From Pecten maximus (Eukaryota): DNA of 64,000 nucleotides. The notes below the pieces were generated by a model that worked only from the letters and a program-made list of their open reading frames with translations, made no database searches and was not told where the DNA came from. The stretch covers positions 29,140,001-29,204,000 of the forward strand of contig NC_047018.1 in assembly GCF_902652985.1 (NCBI RefSeq). Direction: 5' to 3'. Position numbers and translations under genes: made by a program. Shown in pieces: positions 1 through 14,100 of the stretch (position 1 is the stretch's first letter; each line of letters starts with the position of its first letter).

Positions 1-3000
1 ATCCATTGCACATTTCCATATTGTTGATGCTTCTTTTAGCAAAATACGTTCTGCTACTTTATAGAATTTTCCCTCCATAGCTTTCAGCAAACATTCGCAG
101 CATCCATGAATGAACTTGTCGTTGTCGCTATTGTTGGAATGTGTGTCGATGAAAACCTTTCCCAGATTTATCCCTTCGTCTATTAGTTGGCAAGCATTAT
201 CTTCTATCTTGGATTTAGATAATATTCTCCTTTTTAGGTCATACTCTTCTGACATAATTTTTCCAAGCGAAGTAATTTCTGGAAACGACCGCTTCGGTAT
301 ATCAAATTGTAGATAGCGCCTATTTGCCGGATGCTCTGTCTGGGTACCTTGTGTGTTTTGTTCAAACATCTCGGGATACAGTTTACTTATCAGTTTTATC
401 ATATCCACAGTGATATGTGGACTTCGACAAGCAATATCTAGCAAAATGCGTTCGTCCATTTCGTCCTCTTCTTTGTTTTCATCGTCATCATCTTCGTCCT
501 CATTTTTGTCTTTCTTCTGAGAGGAGATTTTCCTTTTTATGGCCTCTAGCATTGAATGGTGTCCCTTGTAAGCAGCCAACATTAATGACACAGATTTACC
601 TTTTCCTGATTTATCTAAAACCAACTTGAATAAGTCTTCATCGTTGTTTCTCACAACAACTTCTAATGGAGTATAACCCTTTAAGTAGCATTGCCTGTGA
701 CAGAATTTACCCTTTTGAATTGAACAGCCATCGTGACTTACTTTCCCTGTCTCCAACCTTTTGTCAATGAAGTGCCCTTTAGCAATCAGCGAGTTAAGTA
801 ACATCTTACGTGTATTGTCGTTCTTGTTCTTTTTCTTTTGCAAAAGGACTCTATAAACTAGTCCTGGATTCGGCTTCGTTTGTTGCAACTCCAGCAATAC
901 TTGTACCATTTTCACAGATCCTCGATCAATGGCTAGTTCTATTAAAGTCCTACCCAAGTTATCCGTTTCATTTATGTATTCTGGGTCAAACTTCAACAAT
1001 TTCTTTACCAACACAACATTTCCTGTTTTCACGGCGTTAAATACAGGCGATATGACGTCTTGCTGAAAAACAAAATGGTGCTTAAAAGCTTTGTGAACCA
1101 CCCTGCGTATTTCACCTTCTCCTTCATGCTGTCGGATCCCTGCTAATGTACACCTGTGAGGTCTGGGGGAAAAAAAACAACGTCATTACTAAATTTGTAT
1201 ATTTTCAATAGGTCACATTTGTATAAAATGTTTTCTACCTCTTTTATAAAAGAATAAGTAAATAAATAGAAGTAATAAGTTTGTACTAAAAATACAATTA
1301 ATCACAAAATCTGACATATTTCGTTGAGAAAAGAACTATATTTCAGCATTTCACTTTAATATATTTATAATTATTTTTTAATAAAACCACACGACATGGG
1401 GAAATAGATGTAAATGAATAGTTACCCTCGAAAAGCCGAGAGCTTGCCTACGAAATCCTTGCATCTCGTACACTCGTTGATTTCCATCTTCGGTGACTTT
1501 CCCAGGCTCAAAGTTGTAGAAGATTCGACGTCGCTCCTTGAATTCCACGACGCAACATGAAATCCATTATTGAAAGGTCCTTCCAACTTCTCGCCAGTCT
1601 TGGAGTCCGTATAGTATACTTTTCCTGTTTCCAAATACTTGTCTAACCACGTTGCACGGAAGCGAGAAACAAGGATGTGTCGAGACCAAGCAGAGTGTTT
1701 TACTGAATCCGACCACAGAGTTCTCTTGAAACATTTTCCTGTTTTAGTTTTTTCGACCGACGAGTATTTTGTGAGGACAAGATCAACTACTTTTTCCGGC
1801 ATTCTAGTCAGGTGATGAAGAATACACTGGCCGGAGCTATCAGTAGCCGTTATGTTGATGCCATTTATATGGCTATCAACCATATACTGTACTACTTCAA
1901 ATTTCCGAGAATACGCAGCTTCAAGTAGTGGTGTTCTTCCACTTGCATTTTGATTGCCGGCTTCAACATTTTTATTTGAGCCCATGAGTAGTTTTACGGA
2001 CTGCAAATGTCCTTTTGCGCAGGCATAATGAAGTGCACTACTTCCTCTCCAGTCAACAGCATTCGGATTGATATTTTCTTTCAAAAGGATACTGATAGCT
2101 TTACCGCTATTTCGCTCTGCTGCTTCATGCAATGGCGATCTCCCCATGAAATCTCTGTCGTTGAAACTTGCTCCGATCGACTTCAGCAGTGTCAGGGCAT
2201 CTGATAGGTTGTGTCTGGCACAATCGTATACGTACGTCTCCAATACACCATTTTCATTTTGCAACAGCGGAATGACGTTCATTAGAATGTTTTCCCAGTC
2301 TTTCAGTTCTTTTTCTCTGCTCTTTCCCTCTTTGCTGACTTTGCTGAGCATTGTGTCAAGGTGTTGTATAATGGTACACACTGAGCTTTCGTCCATAACC
2401 AGAGATGGCTTCTTCAAACGCATTTCTGAACATATCGTGTAACAGTTATGTTTCACTGCCAGGGATACCCCATTGCATATATCAGAATCTTCTATATCTG
2501 GATATAGAAGTAAACATGCAATTTCCTTGTTTCCTTTGGCACATGCTCTGTGGAATGGCAAATACTCTTTTACATCTCTCTTTGATAAGTCAAACTTATT
2601 TGAAATCAGTTGTTCTACTACCACCCTATCACCCATGTCAGCCGCTACATGAAGTAAATTCTCTCCCAATTTGTCTTCAGCACTAGGCTTAACGCTCTCA
2701 GTTAATCTCCTGGACGCTTTTATATCTCCTTTCTTCAATGCGAACCAAGCGAGATGGTATCTGAGGACATCGTCAATGCAGTCTATTTGGAGTTTTGAAA
2801 TGATGAAATCCATGTCCTTGGAAGACTGCTGGTGTAATAGATCCATGCATGTATTTCCATATATATCTGGTCGTATTAAGTCAGAGTTCAACTGAAGGAG
2901 ATATACACTAGTCTGCATCTTTCTCCTATACAGAGCACAGTGAAGAGGAGTCTTTCGGTTCACATCTTGCTGATAAATGAGATCTTTACCAATGGTAGCT

Positions 3001-6000
3001 ATCAATATCTCGCATATCTCTAGGTGTCCATTCTCTGCGGCGTAATGGAGAGGCACAGCTCCTCTCTGATCTTTCATGTTCTGCACATAGACAAACTCAG
3101 GAAGTTGGTGGATTGCAGTCTTTAACTCCTTCATTTGGTTGCATGCGGCATAACCATGGATAGTTGTAGCCCGACTCTCTGAAATAACATTATTAGGGAA
3201 TTACTATTTCTCCTTATTATTCAAATAAAGATATGAAAACAAAAGAAGAAAGAGTAATAACGGAAATATATAGATTAACTTTATATAATAGTATAAACAA
3301 ACAAGTAGATTTGCAAGGAGATCAATGGAAAAAGTACAAGGAGAATAAGACAAGGTGCTATGAAAGAGTGAGGATCTTTTGCATCTTCGACAATTTAGGC
3401 TATACAAACCTATGTCAAATCCGGGTTAGTCACATTATCAAACTGAAAACTAAGTTGGTGACAACGCATCCACTTGGCATATGAACAAGCATCGAACACA
3501 TATACACGTCTGACTTGATATCACATAAGAAAATAGATTATTTCTATATGAAGTCATGATGACGACCATCAAACTTTCCCGTGATCTTTTTAACAAAAGT
3601 TTTAAAGTATAGTATTGTTATGCAACCAATTCATTAATAACAATGTAGAATGAGAAATGTAGCATCTCGAAGTTGACATGTATGAGTTATTTACCGACAA
3701 GTTTCTCCTTCCAAGACATTATATCACTGGGAATGAAGCTAAAACCTTCTAGCATGCCGGCACTGAGTTCCTCTTGGAGTTTGTCCGGTGGCCAGTGGCT
3801 GACCTTACTCCGCTCAAACAGGAAAACCACGCACGCACACATCGCTAAATGACGCCTTCCATCGATATCATATGACAGCTGGAATAAGAATTAGGAAGTT
3901 ATATCGCACATTCTTTATAATCAAAACGGGCATGTTCTTTGAATCGATCAATTTGCAGAATTTTTGCTGATATTTTTAGTCTTACCTCCTTGTATTGCAC
4001 GCCTGGGTACATAAAGTTGTCGGTGGGAAGTCTTCGCTGCCTTCCTTTTCTCATATCACTGTCCATTGTTTCGAGATTGGGTAGCTTGGGGAGGATATCA
4101 AATATCGTGAGCTGTCTCTCCTTGTCCTTGATTATCTCTTTGGTTTTGCACAGGAAAATGAAGCCTCCGTCGAAGTACGTTTTGAAGTGCGCGTTGATCG
4201 GCCTTCTGATGTCGGAGAGCTTACTATGTAGTTTGACCGACATGTAGTGAAATGCTACGCAGGGCTGAGTCCGACTGACTAGCTGAAACCTCACCAGCAG
4301 ACCTTTACGATCCCCGGGAGTGGTGGGGCGCGAGGAGTACGTATACACACTCTCTTGGTCCTCGTCTCGCTCCACCCCTCTCGTCCTCTCAATCACCCTG
4401 GATGAAAACAATTATAACATGTCAGCGATCTACATATTATTATAAGTCTCACCGTAACATAACTGTACTATTTACCTCGGAACTCGGCGTACAAACACTG
4501 TCGGTCAAGGTGTTGTCACTGTATGACACAACAGTCAGAGTGATGTCACATATGGGACAAAGGTTATGGTGACGTCATTATGGGTCAAAGGTAAGAGTTT
4601 TGTTGCTATGGGACAAAGGTTAAGGCGATACTACTATGTGGAATAAATATCTATTTAACAATTATGATTCTTTTTCTTAAAGTACTATACAAAGACAAAC
4701 ATCACTGCACTCGAATATACGTATTGTAAGGTAAATATGTCTTTATATCATCCATATTGTATTGACGTTAAATTGTTTATGTATGTGTAGAATGTCATTT
4801 AACGACAAATATACCGTTAACTATATGTTCCAATAAAAAAACCCAAACACATATACAGTATATACAATATATTGATTAAAATACTGCCTATATATTGGAT
4901 ACCGAATTGTGGAGTAGATAGTTTATGCCGATACATTGCTCATAAATTATGCCTGTCATTGAACAAACATGTCATACTGTCTCCCCTAGACGGTAGTCTT
5001 GACAGTAACGCGGGTAATCGTTCAAGTAATTCATCAATTACGTAATATATATTTACTTTCCGATATCCGTTTTACAATGTCCAACGTTATTCTATTTCTA
5101 TAGAATCTATCGATAGTACGGAGCAGGCATTGTGTAATTAAAATGTAATTGTAATTTATTGCAATGCATCACATTTTTAAGTGATTGAATGCAATGTGTA
5201 ATTGAATGCAAGTTCAATTACATGTAATAGTACTTTGTTCAATTACATTAAAAATGACGGTAACACCAAATTACATTTCAGTTATATTCCAATTACATTT
5301 CAATGACACATCGACAGACATGGCCATACCTTGAAGATGACGAGTTTAATAAGTCTGAACCATTTACAGTTGTTGTGAAGCTGTATGCTTTATGTAAAGA
5401 CTGAATAAGTGTAAACTGATGTACAGTAAGTAACTTCGCATTTCTGCTGTATCTAAGTGTTAAAAAAATAATTGATATATATGTAAAAGTGTTTTACATC
5501 AATCTTATTTTCCTTTAAATCATATTTTAAAAATTTCAGACTTAAAACTTTCATAATTTATCGATAAATTTACAATAAAAGTCATGAAAATGCAACATTT
5601 TTGAAATACATTGATACTATTGTTACGTGTCCTCCTAGAATATTTCTTGCATAGAATATTTTTATCAAATCAAATTGTTTTTAAGGGACACTTCTTAAAG
5701 TGTATCTTTATGGTACAGGTGTAAAAATAAAAAATATATATAGCAAGAGTCAAAAAGTTGTCTTCCTTCGTCATTTGTGTTACTATGTTATATATATATA
5801 TTTTTTTCATATCTTGGGTAAACAGGTCCCTCCCTTGACCCTTCCTTTTTCTAAAAAAATGATATTGTCACTGTCAAATCGATAATGTTCAAGATGTCTC
5901 TTTGCCCTCACACTTTTCCATTTCCCATTGTCATAATTGCAAAGTCTAATAGAACCGTTCACCCCCTTGGGGTGAGACGGGGGAATTTAAACCCGAGGGG

Positions 6001-8907
6001 GGAATTATTAAGTTGCCAAACATAAGGCTTGCCGAGTGTTTGGCAGCTTAAGTATCTTGACCCGGAGGTTGAGATTCCCGTCTCACCCCTAAGGGGGTGA
6101 ATGCTTTTTTTAGCATCTTATGTTTCTAATATGGATGTTACATCAATACAAGGAAATGTTGACATGACGTGATTGGATTGTCGCCGTGACGTCATGGAAT
6201 TGTTGACGTGACGAAACGCAATTGTTGTAGCTTGTCTCAACCTAGGATGAGATAAGAAAATCTCACACAATGACAAAATTATCAATATTGCTTCATAGCT
6301 TTTCCCAGGTTAACAATACAAAGTCCCATGTGCAAATAAATCTATTTCTGATTCCATATAACCAAAGTATGAGACAACTGGAGCGCTAGATATTTCAACG
6401 AACAGGGAAAATATGCAGTATCATATCAGCTTCTAAAAGAGTGACAAAGGCAAGTGAGGAAATACAAGAAAGGGAACACATGGAAAAGACTGGCACAACT
6501 GGAAAACACAATGTGTTCCGTTAGGATTCGAGCTATCAAGTAGATACAAAGGAGATGTTAACCAGTTGGTAACCTAGTGTACGGGACATGTAATCAACGT
6601 ACCAGAAAAACATATTTACCTTTACATTGTGTTTATAAACAATCACAAACACAGTATAACAAAGACACAGTATACATATGAAGAACAAAGTAAACGATAC
6701 ATAATAGTTGTCGACAAAATGTAAACAACCACATACACATCTTAAGTGTTCCTGATATTGTTCAAAGAGATCTGATAGAGTTCAGATTACTGCGGTCGAA
6801 TTTGGCCCAAAGTATATTTAGAGAGCTTGACCAAAGAGAGATGAACATTTTAGGTTTATCGTGCACGTACAGAAAATCATGTTTCTAAATATGCTCAAAC
6901 AAAATATATCGATGGGGAACAGTACCTAGTATCTGCCTGTTAACATATCCCTAATATCTATAAAGGGATAAGGGAAACAGGAATAGAGATGATTGATTGA
7001 TGGTTGAAAAGTAAGGCATTCCAGAAAATTTCATCATATGCCTTTCTACACACTATAGTTACGCGTATATATAAGTATATGATTCAGTAAACGTAAAACA
7101 ATATTTGTGACACTGTGTGAGTTCCAAATAACCGAGGTAAAATCCGGATTTACGATGGATTGTTCTACTAAAAATATTGATCAATAGATGATGTACATTC
7201 TTAATCACAATAATATCAAATGTAAACAAAGCTAAACAGTATGTAAACACCATTAATACAAATACACAATAAGCTAACTTTGTGTGCTTTTTAATTGTTA
7301 AATTTAGCATTCAGCCGCTCATAATACGTTCGTGGCGACGGTAAAATACAGTGCGTTGTCGATTAAATAACATGTGTCCATGTGTGTTAACGTTAATGTA
7401 TTTTTTTATTTCGTTGTTGATAAGTGTATGTTGTCAAGATACAAAACGGAACTGTATACCTTGAATATGGCGACCAAGGTTTAAACTCAAGGTCATATAC
7501 ATTGCCTTAAACTAAACAGGTTTATTTAACTCACCATGTTATTTAAAGTTATACATAGGTTAACATTTAATGTCAAGATAATTTTAATCTTTATACAGAA
7601 AATAGCCTAAGAAATGAATCAATACTTCAAAACGATATACATGTATAAAATAGTATGTTTGTTCAATCGGTAAAAACTTTAAACTTTAAACAGAAATACA
7701 AATATACAGATTCCTTTCAAGCACGACCGTTTTCTACATTACACATTGTATTTTATAAAGCTCCTGTATTATACCTCTACATGGAACATTACAATACTGA
7801 GCAGTGTTGTGTCATTATGGTATGTTATGTAGTGGTGTATGTATACGCTAACCGACAATGAGGCCTGCCTATAATCTATCGGGATCTTACTGTCTGACGA
7901 GTTTCCTTATATACAACAATAGTTTTAGACAGGTAATGTCATTATATACAGTATACAATGTTATCATCTTGCTTGATAGTTCATTCTGAATAAAAAGTTA
8001 TGAAACAAATGTTTATCAGTCACATAGACTATCCGTCTGATCAATGTCAGCTCCTGTCAAAATAAAACTGAAGAACAAGCGGGAAATCTTCAGTTGGGGC
8101 ATATGAAGGATTAATCTTAATTTCATTTTTTTCATATTTAAATATATTGGATACTGAAAAATGTTATTGAGTTACTGTCACGTACACTGGTATTGAGAGG
8201 CATTAATTCAACAAAGATGCATGAAAAATCGATATCAATCGATACAGAAAGATTACTTCACAACAAAAGAACGTTTCAGAGATGTTTCTTTAAAAAGACA
8301 ATTTGTTGGTGCTTGGTACAAACTAGCCTCAAACGCTATTTATCGAAATAGATAGTCGGTACTCTGGGTCAGGACTGGATGTGGGCCTTATCTACGTATA
8401 ATCTTGACACTAGCTCTAATGTACTGTGAAACAACTATCTTCAGTAGATAGATAGCTTCCTGCTTAGAGGTTTATTTGACCGGTGATACTTCTAAATCCC
8501 AATAATTAAAGCAATGTAATATATGAACTAGTTGACATCACTAGCACATGATACGACTTACAGGGTGCAATTTAATTAAGGAAAGGATTAGACGTATTCA
8601 ATGCTTTTAAAATAATCAAAAGTACATAAAATTATAATTGATTAATGCATACATTTGTTACAATGTTAGTCAAAACCGTACCTATTTAATATATGCACGC
8701 CCGTTAATACTTGTTTATTACGTTGTTGTTAGTTTTAATCACCGCATGAATGGTTAGTTAATATCTTGAATTATAATGATAATAAAGCATGGCCTTACAT
8801 TTTATACTCTTAGAGGCGATCTTTATGTGATATGACAGTACAATTTCTTTTTCAATACTCTGAAACTAAAAGCGCAAAAAAATAATTAAAAGTTTAACAT
8901 ACCCCAT
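1..8907 (-). CDS. Large ankyrin-repeat protein with N-terminal ubiquitin-like (beta-grasp)-type domain; 3' end runs off the window
   Basis: Phase-consistent GT-AG exons on the minus strand: 8907-8903 (ATG GG|gtatgt; least certain), 4397-3986, 3878-3695, 3178-1426, 1162-<1 (frame open to the edge). Many ankyrin motifs: GAVPLHYAAENGH, RKTPLHCAL, GENLLHVAADMG, GRSPLHEAAERN, GSSALHYACAKGH, GRTPLLEAA, GYTPLEVVV. Confidence 0.85.
5958..6101. mobile_element. ~145-bp imperfect palindrome, MITE-like
   Basis: ttcacccccttggggtgagacggg at 5958 is the near reverse complement of cccgtctcacccctaagggggtgaa ending at 6101. Inner arms (aagttgccaaaca / tgtttggcagctt) flank a ggcttgccgag centre. Confidence 0.6.
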
Positions 8908-9280
8908 ATTGAGAGGGAAATGTCAGTATCAGCTGTAAATTTGCTTCTTCTTCACAGCAGACTCCGCCATTTTGTCGACCGAATACACAGCGAGTCTCAG
9001 TAGAGCGTCGCCGTTACCATTGACAGTAGTTGTTAAAGATATTCACACTATTTATAGACAATTAATTGAGCATTCCTCGCCCGGGTGGAAAGACACAATA
9101 CTTCTTTTACAGTTCATTGTCTTATCCCGTACCGTTTCTCAGCCTGGCCACTAGGTACTAATGTGACGAATGTGTATGACTTCTTCTGGACACTCCGGGA
9201 CGTGCCTGTACACGGTCAGTATCTACAAAACAAGGAAGTAATATGCTACAGGTGTCTTGGAAGCAAATTGTAACAACAAG
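8908..9280. promoter_or_regulatory. Putative bidirectional promoter and first exons of the two head-to-head ankyrin genes
   Basis: CpG-richer patch with minus-strand donor gtatgt at 8902, plus-strand donor aag|gtaaat at 9281, YY1-type CCGCCATTTT at 8964-8973 and an X-box-like GTTACCATTGACAG at ~9013. Confidence 0.5.
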
Positions 9281-10269
9281 GTAAATATACTTATGTTTTA
9301 TTGAACTTCGTTACTCGCTCGCTGTTATGTTTGACAGGGTTATATCAATCCGATTATCAGGGGACTACTTCCATTCATATTTAATGTGTATTGTTGACTT
9401 GTGTCTCTGAACATGATTAACTCCTGTGACGAGGAATAATTATATGAGCTGTCGACACTCTTGATGGACGATAAGAAATATACAAGACAAACGGTTACCT
9501 GTAAGTGACAGATCTGTTAACAATACTCGACCAATAGAAATATTTCCTAGCCTATCTGCCAAATATTGTGTAGTGTATACCAAGACTACGACGGTCAGTT
9601 ATTGTCATACTAACATGGAAATCAATTTTGTCTCTGGTATTACAGGTCGGCCCTAGATCCTGGTTTATTTGGAAGTGTAACAGTGTCATTCCTTTGACTG
9701 GACTTACTTACGGTATTAACCAGGTACGTAATTGAAACTGAAGATATTAAAGACATATAAACAGTAGAAAATGTATCAAGCAACCTACATTGTATGCCAA
9801 CACAGTGCTTGTCTGTTTGCCATGTTCTGTGATAGAGTCAACACCAGTAGTTTAGCCTTGTGTATCTGGTTACCTGAGCCGATATCAAACATTTGTAAAA
9901 CTACTTAACAAGGTGCAATAGAGGGAAATATATACCATGTCGTCTATAGAAATGATCGAAACTTGACGTACTGGTTTGTTCAGTAATACATTACCTAGAC
10001 AAGCAGACAACCAAAGGATTCTCTCAGAATGCATGGATTCGATTGAATCCACTTATATGGATTTCAGGACTTCCGGTCAATACCATGAGATATTTGTATA
10101 TATTTTTTGAACTTGCATACAGAAAAAACTCAAATATGATATTCTATGAAGTAGGTGCGTATACAGTATTAAGGAAACATAATAATGTGAAGACAAACGT
10201 CTTGAATAGTCACCATAATATACTACGCCAACTCAAGCACGATTTGGTTTGTACTTGTTTAACGTCCTA

Positions 10270-10850
10270 TTAATAACTTTGAACATTTAAAGACAGCCTG
10301 TGTGCGAGATACATGTTGGTGTGGGTGTGTGTTGGGAGTCTGCAATAGTTTCCCTGTGAAAGTGCGAAACTGATGCTGATTTCATAGTGTTACCTCACTG
10401 AAACATACTGCCTGTCACATTATACTGACCAACATACTGAGCGTTAAGCAAAAGTAGCAACTGTTATTGCTATAGACTGTGGAATAATATATTTTCTCTT
10501 TTATAGAAGCAACTTTCTTATTATAACTCCTTTGATCAACATTGCCTTAATTTTGAGCTTTAGTTTCGCCCTGTGAGGAAGGTGTTGGGCTCTGTCCCCT
10601 GGCTGAGACATGCTAGTCTATAAAAAGGAAGTTGCTACTCCAATTAAACGTTCAGAAAATTGGGAGTGTGACGAACTGTTACCCGTTGTCAGTTTAATTT
10701 AATCGAGTGAGGTGTCCTACTGGATGTCTTTGACTGTATGTTTCAGTGAGGTAGCATTTTAAAGTGGAAATCAGTTTATAAGCATACCTAAATACTACAC
10801 TCATGCACTATATCTGTTGATAGAACGTTAAACAATACAAGACAAAATAA
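10270..10850. mobile_element. Two decayed copies of one tRNA-derived SINE in inverted orientation (~10270-10480 minus; ~10555-10850 plus)
   Basis: tacctcactgaaacatac (~10391) is the reverse complement of gtatgtttcagtgaggta (~10736); agtagcaact pairs with agttgctact. The plus copy ends in the SINE-type tail ctgttgatagaacgttaaacaatacaa. Confidence 0.55.
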
Positions 10851-11111
10851 AGTCTTTTTGAAATCTCACATCATTACCCGACTCTCTTATTATGATTAGT
10901 ATGATGAAGACTATATTGCTCCATATCATCTACTTAGCCTTGCACTGGATTTAGATGGGAATCTTGAACTATAGCATTAACACTGTTTACTTGATCTTTA
11001 AGATATAAGATCGGACAAAGATTGGGGCACTAACGATATGACACATATTTGTTTCATTATATGTTCCAGTAAAGTAATGTTGCATTGGAGATGTTGTAAG
11101 AAGTAGCCAGG

Positions 11112-14100
11112 ATGCACGACGTCAACTACCGACTGTATGATGCAGTCGTCAAAGGTCAGACGGGCAACGCGCTCAAGTTCCTCAGACTTGGAGCAGATGT
11201 CAACAAGCGTGATGTGGTAGGTGCTTCTAATTAATGGACCGGCAGGGGTGGAGATAGAATCCGATCCCAACACCTTTTTTCACCATGAAAATAGCCGCAA
11301 TTGAATGCATTCCGCCGAGTCCATCATCAGTGAGAGTGATAGGATATGATAAACATAGGCTAGTTAAGACACACTCTATGAATAATATTCAAAGTGAATA
11401 TGCTTTTGAGAGGTTTTTGGTTCTAATGCATGTTATTATATTGATTTTCTTTCGTTGTGATTTAATTCTTACTTTTTCGTAATGTTTTATGAATTTTCAT
11501 TCATTCTGTAGTGCATTATATCATTGTATAACTCTTGTAATTTAATGTCACTAAGGTCCTATATTATACCACATACTATCAATCATTATAATTAAGCAGA
11601 AAAATCAAATAACCTCGAGATTAAAATGGTACCCTAATCTACTGCTAACCCGTAATGTAATTTGGAGAGTACTTGTATGGTAGGTTTATCAATTAGTCCT
11701 CACACAATGATGCTGTCTAACATTATCTGCCGTTACAGATTGATGGCATGACACCTTTGCTAAAGGCTGCCCGTCGGCGCAACTTCGTAATGATGAAACT
11801 GCTGCTGTTTCACGGTGCGAAACCAAACACGAGAGACAGAGTAAGTGCATATACCTGAAAATGGTGTTCGAGTCAACACTACTAGTATAGGATGTTAAAC
11901 AGACTCAATTGAGTCGAATGACGGTGATTCTCTGTATTAATGCCACTCGTTTCGTTTGCCACCTTAATGAGTGCCAAGCTTTTCTCACTGATCATCTCAG
12001 CGCAGTATATCCAGATGAGTCGGTATAAAAATTAAACCCTATGGGATCAGGCAATACAGACCGACACATGGTTTAGTACCCTGTACATAAAGCTCTGTTA
12101 GCTTAAACTCTCAACAACAGTCCATACTTCAAGATGTATTAAACGTATTTTATACTTGCCACGACTTAAAATTATGTTCTGGCCATATTAAGGTTCATTT
12201 ATAGAGGGATGAACTCTTGAAAAAAACAAACAAACAAAACCGAATGTTGTCGTTAGGTTAAGTAAAGGTTATACAATATGACCCGTAAGCTGACTGGTAC
12301 ACTTTAAATCAACTGATTTGCCTGTTAAGAATTTACTGTATATACAAACATTTAATCTCACAATACCACTTACATACACGTACGTCACACTTACCATAAA
12401 TCATTACAGACGTGTCTCTTGGTAATTAGTTTCCCTGAGAACATGCACCACTGTTTAATCTAAAGTTGTGGGTAAACAAACAGGTAGCGGCTTGTGACCT
12501 CCTCGGCATGTATTAAATTGGTCTCGAATTAAACCAATGTATGTAACAAACGATTTGTACAATTACTAGTCTACTTAGGAAACGTAAAACTGCAGTCTAT
12601 GTTTCACATAGTTGCTATAGTCATCTCGGTGAATATATTTATTTCAATTCTAAAAAACAACATTTAAAAGGCTCTAAGAAGGATATCAAGGTTCAAGACG
12701 AATACCCCGCTACTTTATTAGTGTGACTATTCAACTTGAAGTAGTACACCTAGTCACGCCGATCGACTGATACGAGTAGAAATGTAGATAGAGTTCCTAT
12801 TGTATTGTCTGTGTGTGATGGCCTTGGTACACAGGCCTGAATTAACAACTCAGCAGTTTAGCAGGTCTACAAATCGCCAATACAGATATGTTTGTGGTAA
12901 TACATAACTTAACACTTGGTCTACTTTATGCAAATACCAAAACATTTTACAGTGTATCGATGCATATTACTTCATTATTAAGTATTGGCATTACATACTT
13001 CAGTTCAGAACATTACAGAATAGGTTTTACACAACATTATATAATTATAAGGTGCATACAAGTCGTATTGGGGATCTTCTCCAATATAAATCAACATCAC
13101 TTGATATACAAATGTTTATTGAATACTGTATGCATGATTGACGAGGTAGCTGAATGACGCATGGGTCACACCTCACTGAAGATGTGGGATAGTATTACAA
13201 GCTAATTTTAGGTATTACTAAGACTCTACAAATGTAAACACTGATTCTAGACAGCATTTCTGTCCCCAGGTTAAATAAGTTCTTATTTTATATATATGCA
13301 AAAAAAAACATATACAGCTTTCATTTTCATATCAGTGATGAAAGGCCTTCAATAGTAATCGCATATTAATTCATTAACAAAACGAATTTGTATATATATA
13401 TATATATGTATCTAAGCTGCATGTGCGTCACAATAAAATATTGTACAAAAGACACCTGTTGATAATATTTACAATTAAAGCAATAAATAAACGTACTCAC
13501 CATTGTTAAACACTGTATTGCTCAAACTTACCGACTATAGGACTGTATTTTATTACCTGTGTTGATAAGAAATGAGTAGTATATTACATTAGTAATACGT
13601 ACCTATTGTAACTATGTCACCATCTCGCACACTAGTCCCTGTCTGTTGTTCCTTGTTGGCTCGGTATAATACCTGTTATGTAAATAACAATACATTGACG
13701 CCACATGAAGTAGGAAAGAGAGATACGTCCGTGTTATATATCGTCACTGATTGCAGTACATTGTGTAAGAAGAGTAAATAATTATGATCGTGTTAAACAT
13801 TAAAGTGCCTGATTTAGTGTTAGCTCGCGTGCTACATCCGCTATGAGCATCCTCCGTTCATCTATATATATAGATACTATACTACGGTAAACCTGTTACT
13901 TCCTGTAGTCACCCACTGGGCCAGCCGATACTTAGTTGCAAACGGTTTCATCATCACCGGGAGTTTCCTCTACTACGACTTTATACATTTATGAATCCGG
14001 TTAATGATAATTACGCAAACAACGCACAAAGACCAAACACCACTTGACTATAAAGAATTCACTAAACATTAACAATACAAAGGGTCACACACTCACAAGA

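Noticed and set aside
4476-4518. Candidate extra exon of gene 1 with good donor gag|gtaaa
   Set aside because: 43 nt long; it would frameshift into a stop in the next exon. At most a UTR or poison exon.
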